Source: an uncultured delta proteobacterium (GTDB taxonomy: Bacteria; Myxococcota; UBA727; VGSZ01). Taken from it: a DNA stretch of 64,000 nucleotides. Below the pieces are notes generated by a model. The model was not told the origin of the DNA. It was given only the letters and a program-made list of their open reading frames with translations, and searched no databases. Each line of letters starts with the position of its first letter. Positions within the stretch are counted from its first letter, which is position 1. A program made the position numbers and the translations under genes. The stretch lies in the NCBI GenBank assembly GCA_963775425.1, contig CAVZJB010000002.1:95824-159823 (forward strand). Reading direction: 5' to 3'. Shown one piece after another: positions 22,191 to 33,029 of the stretch.

Positions 22191-24383
22191 TCACTCCGCG
22201 AGCCAGGCCTTGGCGGCCTCGATGACGGTGTCCTTGCCCTGCACGGCGTCGCTCTGCCGCTGCAGGACGTTCGTGTCGGGGCGCTCGCCCGTCGACGTGG
22301 GGAAGTCGGTGTTGGCGTCGTCCTGGCTCGTCAGGAACAGCGTGTCCTGCACCTGCAGGCTGCCGCCGGCGAGCTCGCCGATGTGCGCCGGCAAGGACCA
22401 GATGACGCCGAACGCGCCCCACGTCGAGCCCGCGCCGAACACGCGGGTCTGGCCCGTGCGGCCGCGCAGGATCTTCGTGAGGTAGTCGTTGCCCGACACG
22501 TCGAGGCCGATGAGCACGGCGAGCTTGGAGTCCCCGGCGACGCCGAGGTGGTTGGTGGCGACGGAGCCGAACAGCCAGCGGAAGCCGTTGCCGCAGCCGA
22601 AGTAGTCCTGGCTGTTCGCCGAGCAGTCGACCACCGCCTGGCGCGCGGCGGCGAGGTCGTCGCCCTCGAGCCCGGGCAGGAAGTCCATGGCGTAGAGGTC
22701 GCCGGGGCTCGACAGCTCTCCACCAATCCAGTCGACGGCGTCGATGCCGCCGCCGTCGCCGGTGCGCTCGTCGAGCACGAGCTCGTTCGGGTCGTCGCCG
22801 AGGGCGCTGTCGACCTGATCGAACCACGCCTGGCCGCCCTGGCCGTACTGTTGGGGCACCCCGTTGATCACGAGGAAGCGCACGCCGTCGACGTCCTTGT
22901 GGCCGGCGAAGGCGTAGTCGGTGCTGGCGCCGGTGCTGTTGTCGGGCACCGGGCGCACGAAGCGGTAGTCGCAGGCGGCGACGTCCTCGTACTGCACGGG
23001 CGACTCGCCGTTGAGGACGGCGTCGCCGACGAGCGCGCCGAGGTCGAGGTCGATCTGCTGCACGTCGCCGGCGGCGCAGGGCGTGCCGTCGGTGTGGTCG
23101 CAGCGGGCGAAGGTGGCGACGGCGCCGGTGTCGAGCGCGGCGACGAAGATCTGCGGCGCCGTGACCACCGCGCGGCCCTCGGGGTCGCCGGGGTGCGTGA
23201 CGAGCCGGCCGGCCTGCGCCGCCCAATCGGCGGTGGGGATGCCGTCGATGGCGACGAGGGCGTCGCCGGGCTCGAGCCCCGCGGCGAGCGCGTTGGCGCC
23301 GGTCTGGAACACGAGCGGCACCTCTTGCGCCGCGCCGTCCACGGGCGGCAGCAGATCGGCGACGCCCTGGTGCACGCACACGCCCGCGTTCTGGAACGCT
23401 GGGTAGCCGACGGTGGGGGCGCTCGCGTGCCCGTCGACGAGCAGCGTGTACGCCTGGGTGAAGGTCGGCCAGAACGTCGACGCCTTGGGGTTGTCCTTCA
23501 GCGGCGTGAGCGCGTCGGCGACGAGCGACGCGCGGCTCTCGGGGGCGCGCCCGCCTTCGAACAGCGAGACCTCGAAGATGCGGCGGTCGACGTAGTCGTT
23601 GCGCAGGTCATCGTCGATGAGCGGTTGGCCGACGTGGATGGCGGCGTCGACGCAGCGGCCGAGGTTGCACAGGCCGGCGTCGCCGCAGTCCTGGCTCTCG
23701 GTGGGGAGCGTGCAGGAGACGGCGGGGACGAGCGCGTCGCCGAGGTCGACCGCGTACAGCCCGTCGATGAGCGCGCGCGCGCCGCTGTTTTCGGCGAGGC
23801 CGCCGTAGGCGCCGTAGACGGCCTCGTCGATGAGGTCGAGGCTGGTGGCGGGGACGGACTCGGCCCACGCGAAGTCGATGGGGCCCGAGGTCCACTCCTC
23901 CCAGCCGTCGTCGGTGACGTTGCCCGTCTGCTGGAAGGTGACGGCGCCGAGGTACATGGGCGCGGTGACGTCGCCGCCGTACCAGGTCATCGACGGGATC
24001 ATGCGCGTGCCCTGCGGCTTCTCCCAGAGCGTGAGCTGCACCCGGTGCCCGATGAGGTCGGTGAGGCCGGAGACGGGGATGCTCAGGTAGTTGAGGTCGC
24101 CGCCGGCGGCGAGCGCGCCGTCGCCCTCGAGGGCCACGCCGTCGTCGCGGGTGATGCGGCCGGCGACGCCGGCCTCGTCGAACTGCTGGTTGGTGAAGGC
24201 GTCGTAGCCCTGGATGCCGAGGCCCTCAAGGGCGGCCGCGTCGTCGAAGGACAGCGAGAAGGCCGCGTCGTCGTTGACGACCCTGCCGGTGGTCTCGTCG
24301 AAGCCCGCCGCGTGCGCGGGCGCCGCCAGGAGGGCGACGCCGGCCGCGACGAACGGGGGGAGCGAGAGAGCGAGGGCGCGCAT
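22191..24383 (-). CDS. Secreted S41-like (tail-specific) peptidase with PDZ-like segment
   Basis: Signal peptide ...APAHA. Motifs LVDGHAS, PDZ-like AAGLEPGDALVAIDG, LVLDERTGDGG (compare LDLRxNxGG), VLIGLDVSGND (putative catalytic Ser) and GSTWGA. Confidence 0.65.
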   Translation of the reverse strand: MRALALSLPPFVAAGVALLAAPAHAAGFDETTGRVVNDDAAFSLSFDDAAALEGLGIQGYDAFTNQQFDEAGVAGRITRDDGVALEGDGALAAGGDLNYLSIPVSGLTDLIGHRVQLTLWEKPQGTRMIPSMTWYGGDVTAPMYLGAVTFQQTGNVTDDGWEEWTSGPIDFAWAESVPATSLDLIDEAVYGAYGGLAENSGARALIDGLYAVDLGDALVPAVSCTLPTESQDCGDAGLCNLGRCVDAAIHVGQPLIDDDLRNDYVDRRIFEVSLFEGGRAPESRASLVADALTPLKDNPKASTFWPTFTQAYTLLVDGHASAPTVGYPAFQNAGVCVHQGVADLLPPVDGAAQEVPLVFQTGANALAAGLEPGDALVAIDGIPTADWAAQAGRLVTHPGDPEGRAVVTAPQIFVAALDTGAVATFARCDHTDGTPCAAGDVQQIDLDLGALVGDAVLNGESPVQYEDVAACDYRFVRPVPDNSTGASTDYAFAGHKDVDGVRFLVINGVPQQYGQGGQAWFDQVDSALGDDPNELVLDERTGDGGGIDAVDWIGGELSSPGDLYAMDFLPGLEGDDLAAARQAVVDCSANSQDYFGCGNGFRWLFGSVATNHLGVAGDSKLAVLIGLDVSGNDYLTKILRGRTGQTRVFGAGSTWGAFGVIWSLPAHIGELAGGSLQVQDTLFLTSQDDANTDFPTSTGERPDTNVLQRQSDAVQGKDTVIEAAKAWLAE

Positions 24384-24679
24384 GGCCGTGTGCCTCCGTG
24401 CGTGAAGCGATCAGACCGTGCACGTCTGCAACCTACATGCCGCATCTGTGAAGGCGCCTGTCGGCGCCTCCACTTGCGCCTGGCGGCGCGGCGCCCTCCG
24501 GGCGCGGCGGCGTCGGCAGCGTCCGAAGTCGCGCGCGCCGCGCTCCGTGTTCGATCGGCTGCCAGGGCGACTTCGGAGGCTGCCTCCGCCGCGCTTCTTT
24601 TTGGGGCTTGTCGGTCACGACAACGTCCACCGCGCGCAGAGAGGTGCGGCGCGTTTACGTGGGCCGCATCGTCGCTGCC

Positions 24680-26386
24680 TCAGGGGATGACGCCGTCGTA
24701 GGCGCGGTGGGCGCGTACGGTGCCGATCGGCGTGGTCGCGGGCAGGGCGGCGGTGTCGACCGCGGCGCCGTCCTTGTCGAGGGCCAACAGCACGAAGCGC
24801 ACGACGCCGCCGTCGTGGCTCGAGGCCGCGACACCCTGGAGCGCGAGCGGGGCGTCGGCACAGACGCGCGAGATGGGTTGGAAGTCGACGCCGTCGACGC
24901 TGCCTTCGGCGGTGGCGCACAGGCCGCCGTCCTCGACGACCAGGCGGCCCCAGGGCACGCTCTCCTCGTCGACGGTGTTCGGGGGCGCGAGGTCCGCGCG
25001 CGTCACCGTCGTCCCGCCGCCCGCCGTCGTGCGGCTCTGTGCGCGCAAGGGCTCGTTGTCCGCCGGGCGGCACACGGCGACGTACGGCGCGCCCGCCCCC
25101 GTCGACGCGCGCGCCATCAGGCAGACCTTGGCGAACTCCTGCACGTGGCTGTTCTCCGTCGACAACAGCGCCGTCCATGTGGCGGCGAGGGTCCCGTCGG
25201 CGAGGTCGTCGTGGAGGAACACGAAGTCGTCGCTCGTGCCCTCGATGTCGCCGGAGTCGACCTCCACCGCGAGCGCGCGCAGGTCCTCCGCGCGGCCGGC
25301 GCAGTCGGCGGCGGTGAAGCACGAAAACGGAAAGCCGTTCGCCTGGTGCGTCGTCGCGAACAGGTCCCGGTTCAGGTTGACCTTGTCCGTCGCGAGGATG
25401 GCGATGTCGTCGGCGAGGACGCCGTCCCACGTGCCCGCGTCGTTGACGCCGAACGCGCGCGCGACGAGGCCGGCGGCGTGCACGCCGCTCGCGAGCGCGC
25501 GGTCGCCGGCGTCGACGTTCAGGAACACCACGCCCGGCCGCGCGTCGTACGCGGCCAGGCCGCACGTGGTGTCGAGCTGCGGGGCGACGAACGCGTCGCG
25601 GGAGGCGCCGTCGTCGTCGCCGACGTAGGCGTCGAGGGCGCCGCCGAGGCCGCAGGCGCGGCCGCCGGTGAGGACGGCGAGGAACTTCCCGCGCAGCTCG
25701 ACGTCGGTGGGCCAGCCGCACGACGTCGTCACCGCGTCCCTCAAGGACGTCGCCGCCGGGCAGCGCTCGAGGAGCGCGCGCGCCGGGAACAGCGCGTCGC
25801 CGAGCCCGCCCTCGAGCGCGGCGTCGAGGTCGTCGGTGCCGTGGCCGTCGGCGGCCGTGAAGGCGCTCTTGACGTCGACGAAGATGGTGATCGGCTCGTG
25901 GTTCGGCGCCGCGCGATGAAACGCCATCAGGTTGCCGAGGCAGTCCGACAGGCGGTGGCAGGTGGTCCCCGTGTCGTTGTTGTCGTGGAACACGAACCAC
26001 TCGCCCGGCGTCGTCGTGAAGCCGCTCTTGTCCCGGTGGATGTCGAGCTCCAGGCTCCTGACGTCGTGGTAGCCGAGCATGTCGACCAGCGCCTCGTCGC
26101 GCTGGAACGCGTTGTGCGCCGACTTCTGGATGAGCGCGTCGTAGGGCACCCCAAGGTCACCTTCACCTTCGCCCTCGCCTTCACCTTCGCCCTCGCCTTC
26201 ACCCTCGCCCTCGCCCTCGCCCTCGCCCTCGCCCTCGCCTTCACCTTCGCCTTCGCCCTCGCCCTCGCCTTCGCCTTCGCCCTCGCCGGCGGCGGGCGTG
26301 CCGGGGCACCCGGCCGCGGTGACGACGGCGACGGCGAGGGGGAAGGCCAGGGGGACGGCGAGCACCAGGGCGAGCGACGCGCGCAT
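24680..26386 (-). CDS. Lipoprotein: (GE)n linker + Ca2+-dependent PI-PLC-like domain + C-terminal beta domain
   Basis: AAGC lipobox and a long (GE)n tract. PLC-X-like motifs QKSAHNAF, VRSLELDIH, WFVFH, TTCHRLSDCL, HEPITIFVDVK and WPTDVELRGKF. Confidence 0.8.
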   Translation of the reverse strand: MRASLALVLAVPLAFPLAVAVVTAAGCPGTPAAGEGEGEGEGEGEGEGEGEGEGEGEGEGEGEGEGEGEGEGEGEGDLGVPYDALIQKSAHNAFQRDEALVDMLGYHDVRSLELDIHRDKSGFTTTPGEWFVFHDNNDTGTTCHRLSDCLGNLMAFHRAAPNHEPITIFVDVKSAFTAADGHGTDDLDAALEGGLGDALFPARALLERCPAATSLRDAVTTSCGWPTDVELRGKFLAVLTGGRACGLGGALDAYVGDDDGASRDAFVAPQLDTTCGLAAYDARPGVVFLNVDAGDRALASGVHAAGLVARAFGVNDAGTWDGVLADDIAILATDKVNLNRDLFATTHQANGFPFSCFTAADCAGRAEDLRALAVEVDSGDIEGTSDDFVFLHDDLADGTLAATWTALLSTENSHVQEFAKVCLMARASTGAGAPYVAVCRPADNEPLRAQSRTTAGGGTTVTRADLAPPNTVDEESVPWGRLVVEDGGLCATAEGSVDGVDFQPISRVCADAPLALQGVAASSHDGGVVRFVLLALDKDGAAVDTAALPATTPIGTVRAHRAYDGVIP

Positions 26387-26495
26387 CGCGCGAGCATAGC
26401 CCGCGCGGTGGAAGGCCCGGTCCGCGCGTCGCCCGAGGACGAACGGGGCCGCGCGCTGCTCCGCGTGCGCGCGCCGCGTCGTCGCTCCGGTTGCG

Positions 26496-27059
26496 CTACA
26501 GCGACTCGTAGTGGGCGCGGGCGACGGGCTGGGCCTGCAGCCAGCGCAGGGCGTAGTCGACGAACGCCTCGGCGAGGGTCTCGGCTTCCCCGTGCTCGAC
26601 GGCGCCGCTCTTCACCAGGCGCTCGAAGGTGGCCACGCGCTCGGTGACCTCGTAGAGGCGGCGGCGGTCGAGGGGGCCGGAGGTGTTGTCGTTGAACCAG
26701 AGGATGAGCTGCTCGACCATGTCGAGCGACCACGGCCTCGTCGACAGCGGCGCGTACTGCGGGTGCTCCGCGAGCCATTGGTAGCCGCGCGCGATGAAGG
26801 TGCGCGCCAGGGGCATGGCGTCTTCCTCGACGCCGCCGCCCTCGACGCGGTGGACGAAGCGCAGGAAGTCGCGGACGTGTTTGCGGATGCCGTCGTCGTC
26901 GTAGGGCGGCACGCGGTCGATCTCGTGGAACGCGAGCACGGCGCGGCCGACCATGGCCTTGGTCCAACGCCCGTCGACCGGGCCGTTCGGCGCGCGCAGG
27001 ACGGGTGACACCCGCTCCGCCGCCGCGACCGCCCTCGACTTTGCCGCGTGCTTGGCCAT
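26496..27059 (-). CDS. Hypothetical protein made of two tandem homologous helical units
   Basis: The pattern W...MV...(V/I)L.F...P.D...R.V..G.VE..A..LA..F(I/V)....WL...P occurs twice. It starts 16 nt downstream of the TxKYPSD protein gene. Confidence 0.7.
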   Translation of the reverse strand: MAKHAAKSRAVAAAERVSPVLRAPNGPVDGRWTKAMVGRAVLAFHEIDRVPPYDDDGIRKHVRDFLRFVHRVEGGGVEEDAMPLARTFIARGYQWLAEHPQYAPLSTRPWSLDMVEQLILWFNDNTSGPLDRRRLYEVTERVATFERLVKSGAVEHGEAETLAEAFVDYALRWLQAQPVARAHYESL

Positions 27060-27075
27060 GGGGAGTTGTACCGCC

Positions 27076-28176
27076 TCAGCGGAGCTTGAGGGGCCCGATC
27101 GACTCGGTGATCGCGCCCGGCCCGCCTGTGCGCTCGACGTAGAATTCGCGCACACGGTTGGGATCGACGTCGGGCGCGTTCACCGTGAGCGGACCGAGGG
27201 GGATGAAGCCCGTGTACGCCCACCCGGACGTGGCGTCCTGCCCGAGGCTCAGCCGGGCGAAGCGCTCGCCACGGTGGGCTTCGATGACGCTGCCCTTCTT
27301 CCACGACAGCGAGCCGTCGTTCGCGCGCCCGAAGGTCCTGCGGATGGCACCCGCATGCGCGGCAGACACGTGGTGCTCCTTGCGCCCGCCGGTGACCGCA
27401 CCGCCGCCGTCCTCGTTGTCGGACGGGTACTTCATCGAGGTCATGGTGTGACCGGGCGGCGACGACGACGTCCCCGGGTCTTCCTCGTCGGACGGGTACT
27501 TGATGGTGAGCCGCGGGAACATGCCGAGCGCGTGTGCGGCGCCGGCGATCTCCGGCAGCGGCGCCGCCAACCACGCGCGCAGCTCCTCGAGCTCGACGCG
27601 CTTGAGCGGCATCGTCCTGGCGTGCGCGATGAGCCGCTCGAGCTCGGCCGACGCGTCGTGCAGCTCGCGCTCGGCGGCGCGCAGCTCGCGGGTCGCGGAC
27701 TTCGCGGCGTGGTCCGCGAGGCGAATGACCTGGGCCTTGGCGTGGTGCACGTCGGCGGCGGCGGCGTCCAGCCACGCGTGCACCTGCGCGAGGCCCCCGC
27801 GCACCGCGCGCGATCCTCCTCCGCGGACGAGCTGCTGCAGCCGCGCCCGGGCGCGCTTGAGCTTGTCGCCGGCGTCGGCGGCCTCCTCGCGTGCGGCCAG
27901 CCGGGCCTCGAGGGCGCGGGTGCCGGCGGACGATTTGCGCCCGGCGCCCTTGACGAAATCGACCAGGACCTGGCGCGCCTTCTCCGAGAGGTGGGTGGCG
28001 TCCTTGCCGTCGAGGAAGCGCTGGACGATGGCGGCGCCGTCGTCGGCCTCGCCGAGCTCCTTCAGGGCCTTTTCGGCTTCGGTCTTGGTGATGGTCGCCC
28101 GGCCCTGGGAGCGCGTCCGCCGCGCGGCCTTGAGGGAGGTGGCGAAGGCGGTCTCGGGGGCGACGGGGCGGGGCAT
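27076..28176 (-). CDS. Hypothetical protein carrying two microviridin/graspetide-like core motifs
   Basis: TIKYPSDEED at 27478-27507 and TSMKYPSDNED at 27409-27441 lie between a coiled-coil region and a ~100-aa C-terminal domain ending FYVERTGGPGAITESIGPLKLR. Confidence 0.75.
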   Translation of the reverse strand: MPRPVAPETAFATSLKAARRTRSQGRATITKTEAEKALKELGEADDGAAIVQRFLDGKDATHLSEKARQVLVDFVKGAGRKSSAGTRALEARLAAREEAADAGDKLKRARARLQQLVRGGGSRAVRGGLAQVHAWLDAAAADVHHAKAQVIRLADHAAKSATRELRAAERELHDASAELERLIAHARTMPLKRVELEELRAWLAAPLPEIAGAAHALGMFPRLTIKYPSDEEDPGTSSSPPGHTMTSMKYPSDNEDGGGAVTGGRKEHHVSAAHAGAIRRTFGRANDGSLSWKKGSVIEAHRGERFARLSLGQDATSGWAYTGFIPLGPLTVNAPDVDPNRVREFYVERTGGPGAITESIGPLKLR

Positions 28177-28305
28177 CACGGGTTGTTCTAGCGCGCGCGC
28201 GGGGTGTTTGGCGCCACTGGACAAACACCGGGGCGCGCGGGATCTTTCGCGTTCCTAGGGGGCCGCAGGGCCCGTACACGCGCTCGCGTAGTTGGGAAAG
28301 AAGAC

Positions 28306-28599
28306 ATGGCGAACAACGACAACAACCGTCTCTACGTCGGAAACCTCCCCTTCAAGACCACCGATGACGACCTCGGGAGTCTCTTCAGCTCCTTCGGCAC
28401 CGTGGGTCGCGCTTCGGTGGTGACCGACCGAGAGACCGGCCGCTCGCGCGGCTTCGGCTTCGTCGAGATGGGGACCCCCGACGAGGCGCAGGCGGCCATC
28501 TCCGCGCTCGACGGCAAGCCGTTCGAGGGGCGCAACCTCCAGGTGAACGTCGCGCGCCCGCGCGAGGATCGCCCCCGCCGCGGCCCCGGACGCTTCTGA
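28306..28599 (+). CDS. RRM RNA-binding protein
   Basis: RNP2 LYVGNL, RNP1 RGFGFVEM and DRETGRSRG. Confidence 0.95.
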   Translation: MANNDNNRLYVGNLPFKTTDDDLGSLFSSFGTVGRASVVTDRETGRSRGFGFVEMGTPDEAQAAISALDGKPFEGRNLQVNVARPREDRPRRGPGRF

Positions 28600-28618
28600 G
28601 CCGCGTCCTCGCTGTGAA

Positions 28619-28649
28619 GAAAGAGCGCCCCGACGAGGGGCGCTTTTTC
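28619..28649. terminator. Bidirectional Rho-independent terminator
   Basis: aaagagcgcccc-gacga-ggggcgcttttt between convergent genes. Confidence 0.8.
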
Positions 28650-28695
28650 GTGCCGCCGCGTCCCGTGAAGATGTCGGTAACGCCGCTCCGCGCAG

Positions 28696-29832
<1,137 letters not shown>

Positions 29833-29956
29833 GTGACGAGCATAGCTCCGGGGCAACGGCGATGGATGGCCCATCCTCCCAACGTCCGTGGGGTAACGTG
29901 CGCGCGAGGCCTCCCGCAGGGAAGGCGCGCGAGAGAGAGAGACGGCCGGAGGGCAC

Positions 29957-30442
29957 GTGGACGAGCGGGAGATGATCATTCACAAGGACACCGTCAGCGT
30001 GGAGCTGTGCTCCACGCACGGCGCGCAGTCCCGCGGCGAGGTGTTCCTGCGGCCGCCCCAGGAGGGGACCGACCGCGGCGAGCGGCTGCTCGACGTCCTG
30101 GCCGAGCGCTGGTTCGTCCCGCTCAAGACACCGGAGCGGCTCACCTTCGTGGCAACACGCCACATCGCGTGGGCGCGCATCGACCTGCTCGCGGCCATCG
30201 ACGAGCTCGATCCCGAGGCCGAGGACGACGAGAGCAGTTGCACCGCCACCGTCGTCGTCGAGCTCAACTTCGGCGCCAAGCTCGAGGGCGTCGTGCGCTA
30301 CGCGCTGCCGCACCCGATGCGGCGGCTGGGCGACTACCTCGAGCGGCTGCCGTCGTTCTTCCCGCTCAGGACGGACGACTGGCTTTACCTGGTGAGCTCC
30401 ACCTGCGTCTCGTCGGTGACGCCGCTCGAGGAGAAACGCTGA
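29957..30442 (+). CDS. Hypothetical protein, translationally coupled to pilT
   Basis: GGAGG RBS, and the stop overlaps the pilT ATG (TGATG). It contains two similar halves (RLLDVL...FVPL / RLGDYL...FFPL). Confidence 0.75.
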   Translation: MDEREMIIHKDTVSVELCSTHGAQSRGEVFLRPPQEGTDRGERLLDVLAERWFVPLKTPERLTFVATRHIAWARIDLLAAIDELDPEAEDDESSCTATVVVELNFGAKLEGVVRYALPHPMRRLGDYLERLPSFFPLRTDDWLYLVSSTCVSSVTPLEEKR

Positions 30443-32088
30443 TGTTCCGCGCCATCGACCGCTTCGTCGCTGCCATTCGCCGCGGGGAGGGCGAGGAGAT
30501 CATCTTCGCCACGGGCCAGCCCGTGCGTGCGCGCAGCGGCGCGCAGGTGCGCGTGCTCCTCGCGCAGCCCGTCCGCTCCGACCAGATCCAGAGCATCCTG
30601 CAGGAGGTGGTGCCGCGCAGCATCGACCGCGGCTTCACCCTCGACGGCGACGCCACCTTCACCTTCGACGCGCCCGGCGGCCCGGTCACGGTGCACCTGC
30701 GCCGTCACCAGGGGCGGCTCGACGCCGTGCTGCGCCCCGCCCCGGAGACGCCGTCGCCGCCGCCGGCGCCGGCGCCGTCGGCGTCCTCGTCGCCGTCCTC
30801 CGCGCCGTCCTCCTCGTTGGGGGCGTCGCCGTCGTCCTCGCCGCCGCCGCCGTCGGTGGCGCGCTCGCCGTCGCCGTCGTGGTCGTCGACGCCGCAAGCG
30901 GCTCCCGCGTCGCCGGCGGCGCAGGCGCCTGCCGCCCCATCCCAGCTCGAGCAGGGGCCGCCGCGCAGCGACACGCGGCCGGTGCCGGCGTTTGCGCCCG
31001 GGCGCAAGCAGATCGATCCGCTTTTGCACGCGCTCGTCGCGCAGAAGGCGAGCGACCTGCACCTCACGGCCAACATGCAGCCGCGCATGCGCAAGGACGG
31101 CGACATCGGGCTGCTGCCGGGCTTCGAGCAGCCGCTGTCGCCGGACACCATCCGCAGCATGTTGATGGAGCTCGCCACCGCGCCGTCACGCGAGAAGTTC
31201 GAAAAGACCAACGACGCCGACTTCGCGTACGAGATCGAAGGCCTCGCGCGCTTCCGCGTGAACGCCTTCAAGGATCGCCGCGGCGTCAGCGGCGTCTTGC
31301 GCGTCATCCCGTCGAAGATCTTGACGGCCGACGAGCTCGGCCTGCCGCGCGCGGTGCGCGAGATGTGCTCGCTGCACAAGGGCCTCGTGCTCGTCACCGG
31401 GCCCACCGGCTCCGGCAAGTCCACCACGCTCGCGGCGATGATCGACCTCATCAACGGCGCCCGCAACGACCACATCATCACCATCGAAGACCCCGTCGAG
31501 TTCGTGCACCACACGCGGGGGTGCCTGGTGAACCAGCGCGAGGTGCACGTCGACACGGTCAGCTACGCGGCGGCGTTGCGCGCGGCGTTGCGCGAGGACC
31601 CCGACATCGTCCTCGTCGGCGAGCTGCGCGACCTCGAGACCGTCGCCATCGCCATCGAGACCGCGGAGACCGGCCACCTGGTGTTCGGCACGCTGCACAC
31701 CACCACGGCGCCGTCCACCATCGACCGCATCATCGACCAGTTCCCCTCGGACCGGCAGTCGCAGATCCGCGTGATGCTCTCGGAGAGCCTGCGCGGCGTC
31801 GTCGCGCAGACCTTGTGCAAGAAGGTCGGCGGCGGCCGCTGCGCCGCACTCGAGATCCTCGTGTGCAACACCGCGGTCGCGAACTTGATCCGCGAGGCAA
31901 AGACGTTTCAGATCCCGAGCTTGATGCAGACGCAGAAGCAGATCGGGATGCAGACGCTGAACGACGCGCTCTTCACGCTGGTGAAGGACGGCGCCGTCGC
32001 CCCCGACGAGGCCTTCCACAAGGCCGTCGACCGCACCGGCTTCAAGATGATGCTCGACCGCGCGCAGATCAAGCTGGGGGCGCATTGA
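30442..32088 (+). CDS. pilT: Type IV pilus retraction ATPase PilT with N-terminal extension
   Basis: ASDLHL, RFRVNAF, Walker A GPTGSGKSTT, TIEDPVEF, LREDPDIVLVGELRD, His box GHLVFGTLHT and AVANLIRE (AIRNLIRE-like). Confidence 0.93.
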   Translation: MFRAIDRFVAAIRRGEGEEIIFATGQPVRARSGAQVRVLLAQPVRSDQIQSILQEVVPRSIDRGFTLDGDATFTFDAPGGPVTVHLRRHQGRLDAVLRPAPETPSPPPAPAPSASSSPSSAPSSSLGASPSSSPPPPSVARSPSPSWSSTPQAAPASPAAQAPAAPSQLEQGPPRSDTRPVPAFAPGRKQIDPLLHALVAQKASDLHLTANMQPRMRKDGDIGLLPGFEQPLSPDTIRSMLMELATAPSREKFEKTNDADFAYEIEGLARFRVNAFKDRRGVSGVLRVIPSKILTADELGLPRAVREMCSLHKGLVLVTGPTGSGKSTTLAAMIDLINGARNDHIITIEDPVEFVHHTRGCLVNQREVHVDTVSYAAALRAALREDPDIVLVGELRDLETVAIAIETAETGHLVFGTLHTTTAPSTIDRIIDQFPSDRQSQIRVMLSESLRGVVAQTLCKKVGGGRCAALEILVCNTAVANLIREAKTFQIPSLMQTQKQIGMQTLNDALFTLVKDGAVAPDEAFHKAVDRTGFKMMLDRAQIKLGAH

Positions 32089-33005
32089 CGACGTCCGCGC
32101 GCTTCTCGCTCGCCGCCGCGCTCGCCGCCGCCGGGTGCGCCACGCCGCACCTCGACGATCCGCCGATGGCCGTGGAGATGCAGGTCACCGGCCTGCGCCC
32201 CGACGAGCGGGCGGAGCTCAAGCAGCGCGTGTGCGCCATCGACGGCGTCACCCAATGCCAGCTCGTCGACGTCCCCGCGCCGGAGCCGCCGGAGACGCCG
32301 GCGCGCGGGCGGCGCCACAAGCCCAAGCGCCCGCGCAAGGAGGCGGTGCCGTCGCCGGAAGCCAAGATCACCTTCGGCTACCGCGGCGCGCTCGGCCTGT
32401 TGCGCTACCGCATCGCCGAGCTGCCGCACCCGGGCCTCGAGGCGCTGAAGGCCGACGTGCAGCTCGGCTACCGCGGCTTCGACAACAAGGCGCCGAGCAT
32501 CGAGGTGCAGGAGCCCAAGGACGGCGTGGTCATCGCCAAGAAGCAGGTGCACGTCGTCGTCAAGGTGCCCGACGTCGACACCGCCACCGTCGACATCGGC
32601 GACGAAGAGGGCGAGCGCGCCGGCGAGCTGTTCTCGGCCGAGATCGGCTACCTGCAGGAAGGCGACAACGAGATTCTGATCAAGGCGGTGGATCAGGCGG
32701 GCAACGCGCGGGAGCAAACGCTCCAGGTCATCGTGGACACCACGCCGCCGGAGCTGCAGGTCGAGGTGGACATCCTCTCGTACGACAAGGCCGTGGTGAA
32801 GGGGAAGGTCTCCGGCGACGCGGCCACGATCACCGTCGACGGCCGCGAGGTGAAGCGCGATCTGTTCGGCGGCTTCGAGCAGGACGTCGCCGTCGACCCG
32901 GACAAGACCATGTGCGAGGTGGTCGCCGTCGACGACCACGGCAACAGCGTGACCATCAAGCGCTCCGTGAAGATCGCCTCGCCCATGTCGGCGGACTCGA
33001 AGTAG
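32085..33005 (+). CDS. Putative lipoprotein with Ig-like domains
   Basis: TTG overlaps the pilT stop. AAAGC lipobox and Ig-like hallmarks (LQEGDNEILIKAVDQAGN, DTTPPEL, AVDDHGN). Confidence 0.75.
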   Translation: MTTSARFSLAAALAAAGCATPHLDDPPMAVEMQVTGLRPDERAELKQRVCAIDGVTQCQLVDVPAPEPPETPARGRRHKPKRPRKEAVPSPEAKITFGYRGALGLLRYRIAELPHPGLEALKADVQLGYRGFDNKAPSIEVQEPKDGVVIAKKQVHVVVKVPDVDTATVDIGDEEGERAGELFSAEIGYLQEGDNEILIKAVDQAGNAREQTLQVIVDTTPPELQVEVDILSYDKAVVKGKVSGDAATITVDGREVKRDLFGGFEQDVAVDPDKTMCEVVAVDDHGNSVTIKRSVKIASPMSADSK

Positions 33006-33029
33006 GCAGGGGCGCGCCCCCGCGTCCCG

